Source: Nitrospirota bacterium (GTDB taxonomy: Bacteria > Nitrospirota > UBA9217). From it: DNA of 64,000 nt. The notes under the pieces were generated by a model that saw nothing but the letters and a program-made list of their open reading frames with translations, ran no database searches and was not told the DNA's origin. The stretch covers positions 1 through 64,000 of the forward strand of contig CAVVOB010000021.1 of assembly GCA_963749655.1 (NCBI GenBank), in the 5' to 3' direction. Both the position numbers and the translations under genes were made by a program. This document shows positions 9,170 to 22,300 of the stretch, piece after piece; the first letter of the stretch is position 1; each line of letters opens with the position of its first letter.

Positions 9170-9778
9170 ATGGCTGTTAAAAAAGTCGCGAAAAAGAAAA
9201 AAGCCACCCCAAAAGGTGCGGGCAGGAAGCCTGCTAAAAAAAAGGCGGCAAAAAAAGCCGTAGTCAAACCAAAGAAAAAAGCGGTAAAAAAAGCCGCTCC
9301 TGCAACAAAAAAACAGGCGCCAAAAACGGCCCGTGCCGCAGCACCCGCAAAAAAGGGACCGGCAACCTCACAGTTGTCGCCGGCAATGCAGAAACGTAAT
9401 GAAATGCTGAAAAAGCTTCTCCTTAAGAAGCGAAACGAGGTCGTCGCGGGGCTGGAGGCCCAGATGGGCCGCAAACTGCTCCGGGAAACGGGACAGAAAA
9501 TCGATTCTGCCATGGACAGCGCCGATCAGTCAGCGCTCGACATGGACCAGGGAATCGATTATTCCCTTCTGGAAATGAAATACGAGCAATATAAGGACAT
9601 TGCCGACGCATTCCGCAAACTCCAGAACAATACCTACGGCTTGTGCGAGGAGTGCGGAAACGAGATCAGCATAAAACGTCTGGAAGTGAACCCGTTGGCA
9701 CGATACTGCATCGAGTGCAAGACCCGCAAGGAAGAAATGGAGCGGATCCAGAAGGAAGAGACGAGGTTCAAGGAATAA
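9170..9778 (+). CDS. DksA/TraR C4 zinc-finger protein with Lys/Ala-rich N-terminus
   Basis: DSADQS coiled-coil tip; YGLCEECGNEI..RLEVNPLARYCIECK; SD GAGGGAG before ATG 9170. Confidence 0.85.
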   Translation: MAVKKVAKKKKATPKGAGRKPAKKKAAKKAVVKPKKKAVKKAAPATKKQAPKTARAAAPAKKGPATSQLSPAMQKRNEMLKKLLLKKRNEVVAGLEAQMGRKLLRETGQKIDSAMDSADQSALDMDQGIDYSLLEMKYEQYKDIADAFRKLQNNTYGLCEECGNEISIKRLEVNPLARYCIECKTRKEEMERIQKEETRFKE

Positions 9779-9925
9779 ATGTAAGCTCCAAATCTCAAAG
9801 TTTAAATAATATCGAAGTGCTGAGTGCCGATCTTCTGAACGGTTTGCTTTTGGCCTTGGAACTTTGGGATGTATCTGAGATTTGGCGGTTGTGGCTTGAA
9901 ATTTGTCTTGCGGGATTACTTTTTC

Positions 9926-9954
9926 TTGACAAAAAGGCCGCAATACAGTATCGT
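9926..9954 (+). promoter_or_regulatory. Sigma70 promoter of the tRNA gene
   Basis: TTGACA, 17 nt spacer, TATCGT. Confidence 0.55.
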
Positions 9955-9974
9955 ATGCCTCTGAATTTTCCCAG

Positions 9975-10050
9975 GGCGGTGTAGCTCAGTTGGTAGAGCA
10001 GGGGAATCATAATCCCTGTGTCCGGGGTTCGAGTCCCTGCACCGCCACCA
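9975..10050 (+). tRNA. tRNA with CAT anticodon, probably elongator tRNA-Met
   Basis: 76-nt cloverleaf, GGCGGTG/CACCGCC acceptor stem, TTCGAGT T-loop, encoded CCA, paired 1-72. Confidence 0.92.
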
Positions 10051-10174
10051 TTTTTCCGCCTCTTTTTCTCATCGTTATTATTCAACGCAATACTCGTTCA
10101 TGGAAAGTAAATAGAGAGAGCAAAGAACCGGAAGTAACTGCCACGTACGGGTCTCCGCACGATTCTCCATTGCC

Positions 10175-11593
10175 ATGCTGCTGGTCAAAGTTCGGAAAAC
10201 TATAAAAAGATTCTCCATGCTGAATCCGGGGGAGCGCGTACTCATTGCGCTGTCGGGCGGCCCGGATTCAGTCTGCCTTCTGAGCGTACTTCATACGCTG
10301 ACAAAGGATTACGGCCTGCAACTCCATGTAGCGCACCTCGATCACCGATTCCGGGGCAGGCAATCTGCCGACGAGGCAGCGTTCGTCGGAAAAATCGCCC
10401 AGAAGTTCGGAATCCCCGCGACGATCGAGGCCATCGACGTGCCGGCCTACTGCCGCGAACGCGGTCTCTCGGCACAGGAGGGGGCGCGGCAGGTACGATA
10501 CGATTTTCTGCAGCGGACCGCTCAGACCGCAGGCGCCTCGCGCATTGCCACGGGCCATACCGCGGACGACCAGGCTGAAACATTCCTCATGCGGCTGATT
10601 CGCGGCGCAGGCGTTGCCGGATTGTCGGCCATACCGCCGATCCGGGGAAATATCATAAGGCCGCTGATCGAAGTAACACGCCAGGAGGTCATGGACCACC
10701 TGAGCGCCGCCGGCCTTGAGTTTGCGACCGACCCGACGAATGCAATGCCGGTATACACGCGGAACCGGATCCGACTGGAAGTCATTCCTGTCCTGAAACG
10801 ATTTAATCCCGGGATCGTGGAGACGCTGGCGAGCGAAGCTGACCTGCTCCGGGAAGAAGACTCGGCGATCAAGGGAATCCTTGACACAATTCTGGAAGAC
10901 GCCATGGTCCCGCAGGAAGACGCCCTGGCGTTGAGGCTGTATGCATGGGCTGCCCAGCCCCGCGCTTTCCAGCGCCGGCTGCTCAGAATGGTCGCGGACC
11001 GTGCAGGAACCCGGTCGGCATCGCTGTCCATGGGTCGTATCGAAGAAGCCCTCTCGTTCATGCAAGGTGCCCAGAGCGGGCGGACAATGAACCTGGCCCC
11101 TAACCTCTGCATCACCCGTGAGTACGACAAATTCGTTTTCTTCGAACGGACCGAGCATGAGGGGTCCTCCCGGACCGTCAGGGTACCCGGCACGACCGCT
11201 CTGCCCGACCTCGGAGTGGAGGTCGGAACGTTCATTCTGGACAGGACCGAGGAGCAGAGGGACGCCCCCGGATACGGCAGTGAAACGGCTGATAGCGGCG
11301 GAAATTACCGCTGGCAGGCCCGGTTCGATTATGATAAGATAAGCCCGCCTTTCGTGGTCAGATTTCGGCAGCCGGGGGATCGGTTTTACCCATCGGGGAT
11401 GGGAGGCCGGAGCAAAAAACTCCAGGACTACCTGGTTGACGAAAAGATCCCCCGGAGGCAACGTGACCGGATCCCGCTGCTGTGCTCCGGGAAAGACATC
11501 CTCTGGGTCATGGGCTGCAGAACCGATGACCGGTTTCTTGTTGATCCGGAGACGAAGCGCACGCTTTTCATCGGCGTCCGAAGCGCTTCATGA
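10175..11593 (+). CDS. tilS: tRNA(Ile)-lysidine synthase
   Basis: SGGPDS PP-loop, HLDHRFR, TGHTADDQAET, RNRIR, C-terminal KKLQDYLVDEKIP. Confidence 0.95.
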   Translation: MLLVKVRKTIKRFSMLNPGERVLIALSGGPDSVCLLSVLHTLTKDYGLQLHVAHLDHRFRGRQSADEAAFVGKIAQKFGIPATIEAIDVPAYCRERGLSAQEGARQVRYDFLQRTAQTAGASRIATGHTADDQAETFLMRLIRGAGVAGLSAIPPIRGNIIRPLIEVTRQEVMDHLSAAGLEFATDPTNAMPVYTRNRIRLEVIPVLKRFNPGIVETLASEADLLREEDSAIKGILDTILEDAMVPQEDALALRLYAWAAQPRAFQRRLLRMVADRAGTRSASLSMGRIEEALSFMQGAQSGRTMNLAPNLCITREYDKFVFFERTEHEGSSRTVRVPGTTALPDLGVEVGTFILDRTEEQRDAPGYGSETADSGGNYRWQARFDYDKISPPFVVRFRQPGDRFYPSGMGGRSKKLQDYLVDEKIPRRQRDRIPLLCSGKDILWVMGCRTDDRFLVDPETKRTLFIGVRSAS

Positions 11594-11684
11594 ACCGGCG
11601 CTGTGAAGACCGGGCGCACCGGTCCCGGGACCGCTGTATTTCTTGTTTCATATTCGACATTAGAAGCATCGAGGAGGATTGTCA

Positions 11685-12242
11685 ATGGTAGGGATCGATT
11701 TCGGAAAACCGCTGTTTACGAGTGAGGAAATACAGAGAAAGATTCACGAGCTCGGCGGCAGGATTTCCACAGACTATGCCGACAAGGACCTCATCGTCGT
11801 CGGCGTCCTGAAGGGTGCTCTATTTTTCATGTCCGACCTGCTCCGGTCCCTCAAGATCTCGGTTAGAATGGACTTCATCCATTGCACCAGCTCGTCATCC
11901 AAGGGCAAAGGCGGCAACCCTGTTCAAATCCTCTGCGATATGAAGGCCGATATCAAGGGCAAACACGTGCTGCTCGTCGAAGACATCGTGGATTCGGGCG
12001 TCACGCTCCGTTATCTGAAGGACATGCTTCTGGAACGGGCGCCGGCTTCGCTCAAGGTATGCGTACTCCTTGACAAGGCAGACCGCCGCCTGGTGGAAAT
12101 CGAAGTCGACTATCCGGGGTTCCGCATTCCGAACAAATATGTTGTTGGCTATGGCCTGGATTACAAGGACCGGTACCGCAACCTTCCTTACATAGCTGTG
12201 CTCCCCATGGAGGAACGGCAGACGACTCCCCAGAATGAATAG
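11685..12242 (+). CDS. hpt: Hypoxanthine phosphoribosyltransferase
   Basis: VLKGALFF, LLVEDIVDSGVTL, VVGYGLDY..RNLP. Confidence 0.95.
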   Translation: MVGIDFGKPLFTSEEIQRKIHELGGRISTDYADKDLIVVGVLKGALFFMSDLLRSLKISVRMDFIHCTSSSSKGKGGNPVQILCDMKADIKGKHVLLVEDIVDSGVTLRYLKDMLLERAPASLKVCVLLDKADRRLVEIEVDYPGFRIPNKYVVGYGLDYKDRYRNLPYIAVLPMEERQTTPQNE

Positions 12243-12474
12243 CGCGAACGACTGAGGAGCGCACCGACAAGTACGAGTCCGCTCGGGTGCCACACCCTTA
12301 CCAGCGTCAAAAGGCGATTCCGTTATATCTGTTGTCATCAGCAGGGGAATATGTTACTATATTTAGATAAAATGATGTGCCGGACATCCTCTGGAAGGAC
12401 ATGAAAAATAACCTTTTTCGCTTTTCCGAAGGTCAAAAGCACGTTACCTATGATGCTACTGGAGGTTTCCACCC

Positions 12475-14271
<1,797 letters not shown>

Positions 14272-14278
14272 GGGACGC

Positions 14279-15421
14279 ATGGACCCTGTTCTCCGGATCA
14301 CCGGCCGCGGGGCGCCCCTGCTCACGCTTAGTGGCTTGAGTACCGAACAGGCCCGGGCATTGCGCGAGGTTCTGGAACCGACAGAGGCAGGGGCGCGGCG
14401 GGACGACGAATTGCCGACTCCCCTGACGCCTGTCGTGAGAGGGACCGTCGAGGAATTGAAGCGCGCCGCGCGGGTCCTCGGAACGCGCGACCTCTTCCCC
14501 TTTGACCTTTCCCGAAAAATCGATTCCCTGCTTGACAACTATCTGCGCTCAGATTATAAGATTGACTGCAGGGGAAAAACGCTCGACCTCGGCAGCCGCA
14601 CCCATGTGATGGGAGTCCTGAACGTCACGCCCGACTCCTTCTCCGACGGCGGACTCTACCGATCTGCCGAACGGGCGCTTGCACACGCGCGGGAGATGAC
14701 GGCGCAGGGGGCCGACATCATCGATATCGGCGGCGAGTCCACCCGGCCGGGCGCAGAACCTGTTCCGGAAGAGGAAGAACTGCGCCGGATCATCCCGCTC
14801 ATAGAAAAACTTTCTTCCGAGCTTCCGGTCCCGCTTTCCGTCGACACCTATAAATCCACCGTAGCCAGGAAAGCGCTCCAGGCAGGCGCATCGATGGTAA
14901 ATGATATCAGCGGGCTCCGCTTCTCGCCTGATATGGCAAAAGTTGCTGCGGATTTCGGCGCCGCTGTCGTCATTATGCATATCAAGGGCACGCCGCGCAA
15001 CATGCAGCAGAACCCCGTCTATCACGATGTGATCACCGAGGTCAGGGACTACCTTTCCGAAAGTATCTCGATCGCGATCGATGCGGGGGTGGACCGGGAA
15101 AAGATCCTCGTTGATCCCGGGATCGGGTTCGGCAAATCACTCGAGCACAATCTGACGATCATGAACCGGCTCGACGAGTTGAGTGCACTCGGCAGGCCGA
15201 TCGTGCTCGGGACTTCGAGAAAGAAATTCATCGGCACTGTCCTCGGTGTGGAGGTTCCCGAACTACGCGTCGACGGCACTGCAGCTACCGTTGCGCTCGG
15301 CATCGACCGCGGCGCCCGCATTGTACGGGTCCACGACGTGGCGCGCATGGTGCATGTTGCGCGCATGACCGATGCGATCATCAGACAAAGCACAACGGGA
15401 CAAACACCAAATCACCAGTAA
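14279..15421 (+). CDS. folP: Dihydropteroate synthase with N-terminal extension
   Basis: MGVLNVTPDSFSDGG, IGGESTRPG, DPGIGFGK, SRKKF, RVHDV. Confidence 0.95.
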   Translation: MDPVLRITGRGAPLLTLSGLSTEQARALREVLEPTEAGARRDDELPTPLTPVVRGTVEELKRAARVLGTRDLFPFDLSRKIDSLLDNYLRSDYKIDCRGKTLDLGSRTHVMGVLNVTPDSFSDGGLYRSAERALAHAREMTAQGADIIDIGGESTRPGAEPVPEEEELRRIIPLIEKLSSELPVPLSVDTYKSTVARKALQAGASMVNDISGLRFSPDMAKVAADFGAAVVIMHIKGTPRNMQQNPVYHDVITEVRDYLSESISIAIDAGVDREKILVDPGIGFGKSLEHNLTIMNRLDELSALGRPIVLGTSRKKFIGTVLGVEVPELRVDGTAATVALGIDRGARIVRVHDVARMVHVARMTDAIIRQSTTGQTPNHQ

Positions 15422-15516
15422 TCCAATTGCTTAATTTTAAACGTTTGCATAGTACGTTTTCGTGCACGAAATCTATTTAAGATTTGCAATTCGGAATCCG
15501 GAGTTCGATTCATCGC

Positions 15517-16317
15517 ATGTTCAACAACTTCGCCGAAATACGAGAGGCTCTTCTGCACTATCGCTGGTTCAACGATACCGTTGACATCGCGCTTGTCTAT
15601 TACATCTTTTACCGGGTACTTCTCCTCATCAAGGGCACACGAGCCTTCCAGATGCTCGTCGGCCTCGGCATCCTGGTGCTGCTGCTGATCGCTTCGCAGG
15701 CTTTTGAATTCTACACTCTCGACTGGCTTATCCACAGCTTCTGGTCACAGATCGTCCTCGCACTCGTTATCCTGTTCCAGCCCGAGATCCGGCGTGCACT
15801 CGCCCGAGTGGGAGAACGACCGCTGTTCCGCTCCCTGTCCTCGGTCGAAGGTTCCAAGTTCATTGAAGAGACGGTCAAAGCGGCCGTATCCATGGCCAAC
15901 AAGCGTATCGGCGCGCTCATCGTGATCGAGCGTGACACGGACCTGTCCACCATCGTCGAGATGGGGACCGACCTCGATGCCAAGGTGACCAAGGAGATCC
16001 TCGTGAGCATATTTCTCCCCTACTCACCTATCCACGACGGCGCGGCGATCATCCGCAGCGGCAGAATCGTGGCAGCAGGCTGTTTCCTGCCCCTTACCCT
16101 GTCGTCCAATCTGTCGAAGGCCCTGGGTACGCGCCACCGGGCGGCGGTCGGCCTGACCGAGGAGACCGACGCAGTCGTCGTCGTCGTGTCCGAGGAGACG
16201 GGCGAAATATCCGTAGTAAGGGGCGGTGGGATCGAGCACAATGCGGACGCGCCTTCCCTCAGAAAAACGCTGTCCGAAATATTCATGGCAAAGAAAAAAA
16301 AGGAAAGCCTGCTATGA
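15517..16317 (+). CDS. cdaA: Diadenylate cyclase CdaA/DacA
   Basis: Three TM helices, FQPEIRRAL, HDGA and GTRHRAA catalytic motifs. Confidence 0.95.
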   Translation: MFNNFAEIREALLHYRWFNDTVDIALVYYIFYRVLLLIKGTRAFQMLVGLGILVLLLIASQAFEFYTLDWLIHSFWSQIVLALVILFQPEIRRALARVGERPLFRSLSSVEGSKFIEETVKAAVSMANKRIGALIVIERDTDLSTIVEMGTDLDAKVTKEILVSIFLPYSPIHDGAAIIRSGRIVAAGCFLPLTLSSNLSKALGTRHRAAVGLTEETDAVVVVVSEETGEISVVRGGGIEHNADAPSLRKTLSEIFMAKKKKESLL

Positions 16318-16970
16318 GCGCGGAAAAACTCTGGACGGACAACTGGGGCATCAAAGCGCTGTCGCTGGGGCTTGCGCTCATGCTCTGGTTTTACGTAACC
16401 TCAAAGGGCAAGACGGAGATAACCATCAACGTGCCGATCGAATTGCGCAACATTCCCCAGAGCATGGCCGTTGTCGGCGATGTCGCCAGCTCCGTGGAAG
16501 TTCGCGTCCAGGGACAGGAGCGGGTGCTCCGGGACATCACCATCGGGAAAAAAGTGTTCGTGGTCATCGATCTGTCCATGACCGGCGCGGGTGAAAACAC
16601 GGTCCGCATTTCACCCGACGACATCCGCAGGCCTGCCGGGGTTACGGTTATGCACTTATCCCTGTCGGAGCTCAAGGTCAGGCTCGAGCCGCTGGTCAGA
16701 AAGTCCTTCCGGCTTCTGCCGGTCTTCCGCGGCGCGCCGCTGTCCGGGTACCAGATAACGAAGGTGACGGTCTCGCCCCAGAGGATTCCAGTCGAAGGAC
16801 CGAAGAGCGTCATTAAAACGATCGACCGTCTTCCGACCATGCCGATCGATATCCAGGATATCAGTGCAAGCGTCACGATCGAGCCCAAGATCGACTACCA
16901 GGGCAAGCCGGTAAAGATTCTCGCCGAGAGCATCGCGGTGCGCATCAGCATAGAAAGGGCGGCCAGATGA
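16314..16970 (+). CDS. cdaR: CdaR/YbbR-domain protein
   Basis: N-terminal TM ([15 protein letters not shown]), beta-rich YbbR-like repeats; lies between cdaA and glmM. Confidence 0.85.
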   Translation: MSAEKLWTDNWGIKALSLGLALMLWFYVTSKGKTEITINVPIELRNIPQSMAVVGDVASSVEVRVQGQERVLRDITIGKKVFVVIDLSMTGAGENTVRISPDDIRRPAGVTVMHLSLSELKVRLEPLVRKSFRLLPVFRGAPLSGYQITKVTVSPQRIPVEGPKSVIKTIDRLPTMPIDIQDISASVTIEPKIDYQGKPVKILAESIAVRISIERAAR

Positions 16971-18316
16971 AAAAACTGTTTGGAACAGACGGCGTTCGAG
17001 GCGTGGCAAACCAGGACCCGATGACGTCCGAAATGGCCCTTCGTATCGGACGGGCCGCGGCCCACGTATTCCGCGATTCAGCGCGCCGCCATCGCGTCGT
17101 TATCGGCAAGGACACGCGGCTCTCCGGCTACATGATCGAGAGCGCGCTTACTGCGGGACTCTGCTCCATGGGCATGGACGTGCTGCTTGTCGGCCCCGTG
17201 CCCACGCCGGGAATCGCCTTCCTGACCCGAAGCCTCAGAGCCGATGCCGGCGTCGTCATTTCTGCGTCCCATAATCCGTACGAGGACAACGGCATTAAAT
17301 TTTTCGGCAGGGACGGGTTCAAGCTTCCCGACGAGGTCGAAAAGAAAATGGAGGACCTGATCTTTTCAGGGGCCGTCGACTCCATACGACCGACTGCCGC
17401 GGAAATCGGCAAGGCGTTCCGGATCGACGATGCTATCGGAAGGTACAACGAATTCGTCAAGTCCTCGATTCCCCGCGGGATGGATCTCTCAGGCCTGCGC
17501 ATCGTCGTTGACTCTGCCAACGGGGCCGCATACAAGATCGGGCCGCGCATCCTGACGGAGCTCGGCGCAGACGTTATTTCGCTTTACGATCAGCCCAGCG
17601 GCACGAATATCAACCGGGGCTGCGGGTCGCTCTACCCGGAGGTCATTTCACGGGCAGCGGTCGCGAACAAGGCCCACATCGGCATCGCCTTCGACGGTGA
17701 CGCCGACCGGGCGTTGCTCTGCGACGAAAACGGGGCACTCATCGACGGTGATGCCATGATGGCGATCTGCGCGCTCCATATGATGAAGGAAGGCAGGCTC
17801 AGGCACAACACCCTTGTGGCCACCGTGATGAGCAACCTGGGGCTGGAACTTGCCCTCCGGAATGCGGGTGCAAACCTCGTTCGGGCTGCTGTCGGCGACC
17901 GCTATGTTATGGAAAAGATGCTTGCCGGCGGCTACAACCTCGGCGGCGAGCAGTCAGGCCACATCATTTTTCTGGATCACAATACGACCGGCGACGGTCT
18001 CATTTCCGCGCTTCAGGTCCTCGCCATCATAAAACAGACGGAGAAACCTCTGTCGGAACTCGCCGGGTGCATGACCTCCTATCCGCAGATACTCGTCAAC
18101 GTAAAGGTACGTGAACGGAAAGACCTCTCGACGATCCCGGCCGTCGCAGATCGCATGTCGGACATCGAACGGACGCTCGGCAATTCGGGACGCCTCCTTG
18201 TCCGCTATTCCGGCACCGAACCCAAGGTCCGCGTGATGATCGAGGGCAAGGACCAGACAACGATTAAGAGGCTTGCCGAGGAATTGGCGCAGCTCATCAG
18301 GGAAAAACTGGAGTAA
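16967..18316 (+). CDS. glmM: Phosphoglucosamine mutase
   Basis: [36 protein letters not shown]. Confidence 0.97.
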   Translation: MKKLFGTDGVRGVANQDPMTSEMALRIGRAAAHVFRDSARRHRVVIGKDTRLSGYMIESALTAGLCSMGMDVLLVGPVPTPGIAFLTRSLRADAGVVISASHNPYEDNGIKFFGRDGFKLPDEVEKKMEDLIFSGAVDSIRPTAAEIGKAFRIDDAIGRYNEFVKSSIPRGMDLSGLRIVVDSANGAAYKIGPRILTELGADVISLYDQPSGTNINRGCGSLYPEVISRAAVANKAHIGIAFDGDADRALLCDENGALIDGDAMMAICALHMMKEGRLRHNTLVATVMSNLGLELALRNAGANLVRAAVGDRYVMEKMLAGGYNLGGEQSGHIIFLDHNTTGDGLISALQVLAIIKQTEKPLSELAGCMTSYPQILVNVKVRERKDLSTIPAVADRMSDIERTLGNSGRLLVRYSGTEPKVRVMIEGKDQTTIKRLAEELAQLIREKLE

Positions 18317-18412
18317 TTTCATTCTGGATGAGCGACAGAAGGCACCTCCCTCTTTGTCGGTTACATGCTAGGGGATTCTTCGAGACTCCCCAATTCAAAA
18401 TCCGGAATTCCC

Positions 18413-20958
18413 ATGTCGACACCTCTCATCACGCTCACGCTGGCCTATTGTGCCGGTCTGCTGTTCGGACACGGATTTCTCCATTTCCCCTACGCAATTC
18501 TGCTGTTTCTGACGCTCCTTGTCGTGGTATTCGTCGTTCTCATTCTACGCCGAAGGCTGTCACTTCTCCGTTTCTCGTATTTTGTCCTCCCCTGCGCCGC
18601 CGGCTTTGCAGCTTATATCTACTCGGCCGCCTGGGTCCCACAAGACCATTACACGCGCCGGTTCCCGGCCGGAATAGCCGTCTATGAACTGACAGGCACC
18701 ATCGTATCGACGATCGATCGCGATCCGGAGCGAACCGGCTTCAGCCTTGCTTTGTCGACGATCGACGGGTCACCTGTTTCAGGGCTGGTCAAAGCAACAC
18801 TTCGCGCTGAGTCGCCTGCACTCGGCTATGGGGACACCATACGTGTACCCGGCAGATTGATCGAGCCCGTGGGTTTCAATAATCCCGGCGGGTTTGACTA
18901 CCCGGCGTTCCTGGCCCGAAGCGGCATTCGTCATACCGTCACCATTAAGCATGCTGATGCGATAGAGATCGTCAGACGCGGCAGCGGTCTGTTCAGGATG
19001 ATTCAAGATCAGCGGGAGCGTATCAGGCAGGCATTCCTTGCCGGGACAAGCGGCGACGGATCGGCAATCCTCCAGGCCATGGTCCTCGGAGAGGAAGGGT
19101 TTCTGACAAATGAAATGCGGGACGGATACCTGTCGGCAGGGGTAACTCATATCATCTCCATATCAGGGTCCCACCTCGCCATGGTCGCGGCGCTTTGCTT
19201 TTCCCTGATCAAGGGCCTCCTTCGCCTGATACCAGAGACCCGCTACCATGAGATCACCCTCCATGTTGATCCTAAAAAAATCGCCATCGTATTCACGCTC
19301 CCACTCGTTATCTTTTACACTGCACTCGCAGGAGGACAGGTGGCCACGGTCCGATCGCTGGTTCTGATTGTAGCCGGTCTCACGGCACTTTTACTTGACC
19401 GTGACCACGGCCTGCTGCAATCTCTCGCGCTGGCCGCCCTCATCATCCTTGCCGCAAGCCCGCAGGCGATCTTCGATATCTCCCTCCAGCTTTCCTTTAC
19501 TTCGGTCCTCGTTATCGCATTCATAATCGACGTCCGGAAAGAATTCGGCTTTGAAGCCCGGTCCGTGCTTCAAAGGACCGCGGGCAACATCGCCCTGCTC
19601 GTCGTTCTTTCTCTTGCCGTCAGCCTTGCGACGGGACCGCTGGTCGCCCACTACTTTAATCAGATTTCCCTCGTCGGCATCGTCGCGAACATGTTTGTCG
19701 TACCCCTTGCCGGAATGGTTGTGGTCCCCTTGGGCCTTTTTTCCGGGATCCTCTCCCTGTTCACGCATTCCCTGCCGCTGGAAAGCCTGAACCAGCTCGT
19801 CGCCGACGGTTTCAACGCCTTGGTCTTCTTCTTTGCGCGCTTTCCTTTTGCCCAGATCCATCTCCCGGCACCCGGCGTGTTGTGGGTGATCGCGTCCGTA
19901 TTTTTTCTCATCGCGCTCTTCGGCTTCCTTCGGGCAGGGCTGCTGTCCCAGTTCAAACCTTTCGAATTCTCGGCTCGCCGTCGACCGCTGCTCATTGCCT
20001 GCATGGTCCTCTCAGGTGCGATCCTGATTGCGCCCGCGCTGCCGGGGTTGGGATCCGAACGGGCAGTGCGGATCCGGTTCCCTGATGTGGGCCAGGGAGA
20101 CAGCGCGCTCGTCACGCTGCCCTCGGGCAAGACCATTCTCATCGACGGGGGAGGCGCTCGTGGAAGCCGTTTTGACATGGGAAGACGGGTGCTGGCGCCC
20201 TATCTCTGGACCCAGGGAATCCGAAAACTGGACCTGGTGATACTGTCGCACCCCCATCCCGACCACATGGAGGGACTCATCTATCTTCTTCAGACCTTCG
20301 ACGTCGGTGAGGTGTGGGAAAGCGGACAGGACAATGATCTGCCGGGACATTCAGAGTTCAGCAAAACGATCGAAAACAGGCACATACTCCTAAAACGGGT
20401 ATCTGCCGATGATCCGCCCGCTGTTCTCGGTGAAGCGGAACTGAGCGTGCTCCACCCGTCGCGCGACTACCGCATCCAAAGCAACAAGGCCTATGCTGAC
20501 GAAAACAACCGGTCGCTCGCCGTGCGAATCAAATCAGGGGGCAGGAGCTTCCTGTTCACCGGAGATATCGGCACTGCGGCTGAAATGACGCTCCTGAGAC
20601 GAGGGGAAGACCTGAAATGTGACCTCCTGAAGATCCCCACCACGGAAGCAGAAGCTCAAGCTCCCCTGCTTTTGTAGCGCGAACGAGTCCGGTGGTTGCA
20701 ATCGTGCCCGTCGGCTTGCGCAATCCTTACCATCATCCGTCAGACGAGATACTGGACCGCTACAAACAGCAGGGAACAAAGGTTTTGCGGACTGATCGGC
20801 AAGGGGCGATCACCGTGAAGGTGGAACAGGACGGACTGCACACGCAATCGTGGAATGAGCTGACGATAAACCGCATCGATCTCTACGATAACGGATCATG
20901 GTGGAAAACGGAGCGGGCCAACGGAAGGAGACTGCTGCTCAGGACAACGGCGTTTTGA
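18413..20958 (+). CDS. comEC: DNA uptake protein ComEC/Rec2 (1-nt indel near 20637, probably an artefact)
   Basis: NPGGFDY, HIISISGSH, DVGQGDS, SHPHPDH, FTGDI; the KIPHHG motif is split by a frameshift in a C run and continues ..NPYHHP. Confidence 0.9.
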
Positions 20959-21847
20959 TGGGGTAGACTTTGAGGAAGCTCAGAAATTCCTTAGCCGTGT
21001 GGGTGCAGTAATTGCGTTTCGGAGAGATGACGCTGAAGTTTCTGTGGAACTTGACGTCTTTGAACGTTGTGGCCTTGAGCGCGCCATGCTTGATGGACTG
21101 CCGGGCGGCCCAGGCGGACACGATGGAGACGCCCATCCCTTCTTCCACGGCACTCTTGATCGATTCCGTGCTGCCCAGCACGAGCGCGATCCGGAGGTGA
21201 TCGAGCTTGATCCCGTGGTCCTCGAGGTGCTTGAGAATGATCTGGCGGGTTCCTGAACCCTCCTCCCGGAGGATAATTGGTTCCTTGATCAGGTCCATAG
21301 CGGGAATATTGCGGCGCTCGGCCCAGGGATGGGCCGTCGACATGATTACCACGAGCTCGTCGGAGAGCAGCGTATCGACGGTGAACCTCTGTTTGCTCAC
21401 ATCCCCCTCCACGAGGGCGATGTCGATCTCCCCCGCATTGAGCCTCTCGGTGATGATCTTTGTGTTGCTCACGACGAGCGAGATGTTCACCTGGGGGACT
21501 TTTTTCTTGAAGGCCGAAATGATCTGCGGGAGCAGGTAGTTACCGATCGTCGAACTGGCGCCGATGGAAAGAGATCCCTTGATGGCGCCCGTGATTTCAC
21601 TGATGTTCTTCTGCGCCTCGGCGTAGAGGGCGAGGATCTCCTTGGCGCGCTTGTAGAGGATCTCGCCGGCCGGCGTCAGGTTGATGGTATTCCCCGAACG
21701 GTCGAACAGACGCGTCTCGTAGAGCTCCTCCATGGCCTGGACTTGAAGGCTCACTGCGGGCTGAGTCAGATGAATCAGCTCCGAGGCCTTGGAAAAGCTT
21801 TTCGTTTCCGCGACGGCACAGAATACTCTCAGCTTGTGGTCTTCCAT
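20939..21847 (-). CDS. LysR family regulator, CysL-like
   Basis: SFSKASELIHLTQPAVSLQV HTH; GASSTIGNYLLP; REEGSGTR. Confidence 0.92.
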   Translation of the reverse strand: MEDHKLRVFCAVAETKSFSKASELIHLTQPAVSLQVQAMEELYETRLFDRSGNTINLTPAGEILYKRAKEILALYAEAQKNISEITGAIKGSLSIGASSTIGNYLLPQIISAFKKKVPQVNISLVVSNTKIITERLNAGEIDIALVEGDVSKQRFTVDTLLSDELVVIMSTAHPWAERRNIPAMDLIKEPIILREEGSGTRQIILKHLEDHGIKLDHLRIALVLGSTESIKSAVEEGMGVSIVSAWAARQSIKHGALKATTFKDVKFHRNFSVISPKRNYCTHTAKEFLSFLKVYPIKTPLS

Positions 21848-22038
21848 AATAATTTCCCAAGGGCGGTGCGGTTAAGAGGGGCTGCGACTCTAGAGTTTGC
21901 AGGATTGCATAAACATTCTCGAAGATGTTATTGCGCCGGTGCTTATTTATAAAACATACCCCTGTCTTTGTCAAGGGGATTAAATGGAGAGCACAGCTTC
22001 GGCATGACCGGTCCGGAGGGGAAAGAATAAATATTTCC

Positions 22039-22066
22039 TTGACTTTTTCCCATTTACGGTTAAAAT
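22039..22066 (+). promoter_or_regulatory. Sigma70-like promoter of the small Cys protein gene
   Basis: TTGACT, 16 nt spacer, TAAAAT. Confidence 0.5.
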
Positions 22067-22105
22067 GCACAGGTTTTCGCGATATTATCCGGAGGTGAAC
22101 CAACC

Positions 22106-22276
22106 ATGGCAGAATTAAGTAAGACAGCTAAGGCAGCCAGCAAAAAGGCCGTCGTGAATCTCAACCCTCAGTGCTGCGGCAAGCCGATGCAGGCTGCGAA
22201 GATGATGACTACGACCGGCAAAGTTCGCGGCATGATGTGGCTTTGCGATAAGTGCTGGAAAGAAAAAGCAATCTAG
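22106..22276 (+). CDS. 56 aa Cys-motif (metal-binding) small protein absent from the ORF track
   Basis: SD GGAGGTGA; MAELSKTAKAASKKAVVNLNPQCCGKPMQAAKMMTTTGKVRGMMWLCDKCWKEKAI; own promoter and terminator. Confidence 0.8.
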   Translation: MAELSKTAKAASKKAVVNLNPQCCGKPMQAAKMMTTTGKVRGMMWLCDKCWKEKAI

Positions 22277-22300
22277 ACGTTTCCGCTGATTTCTCGGGCC

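Noticed and set aside
20630-20645. Programmed frameshift or phase variation in comEC
   Set aside because: The C run is short and the assembly has many similar indels; an error is more parsimonious.
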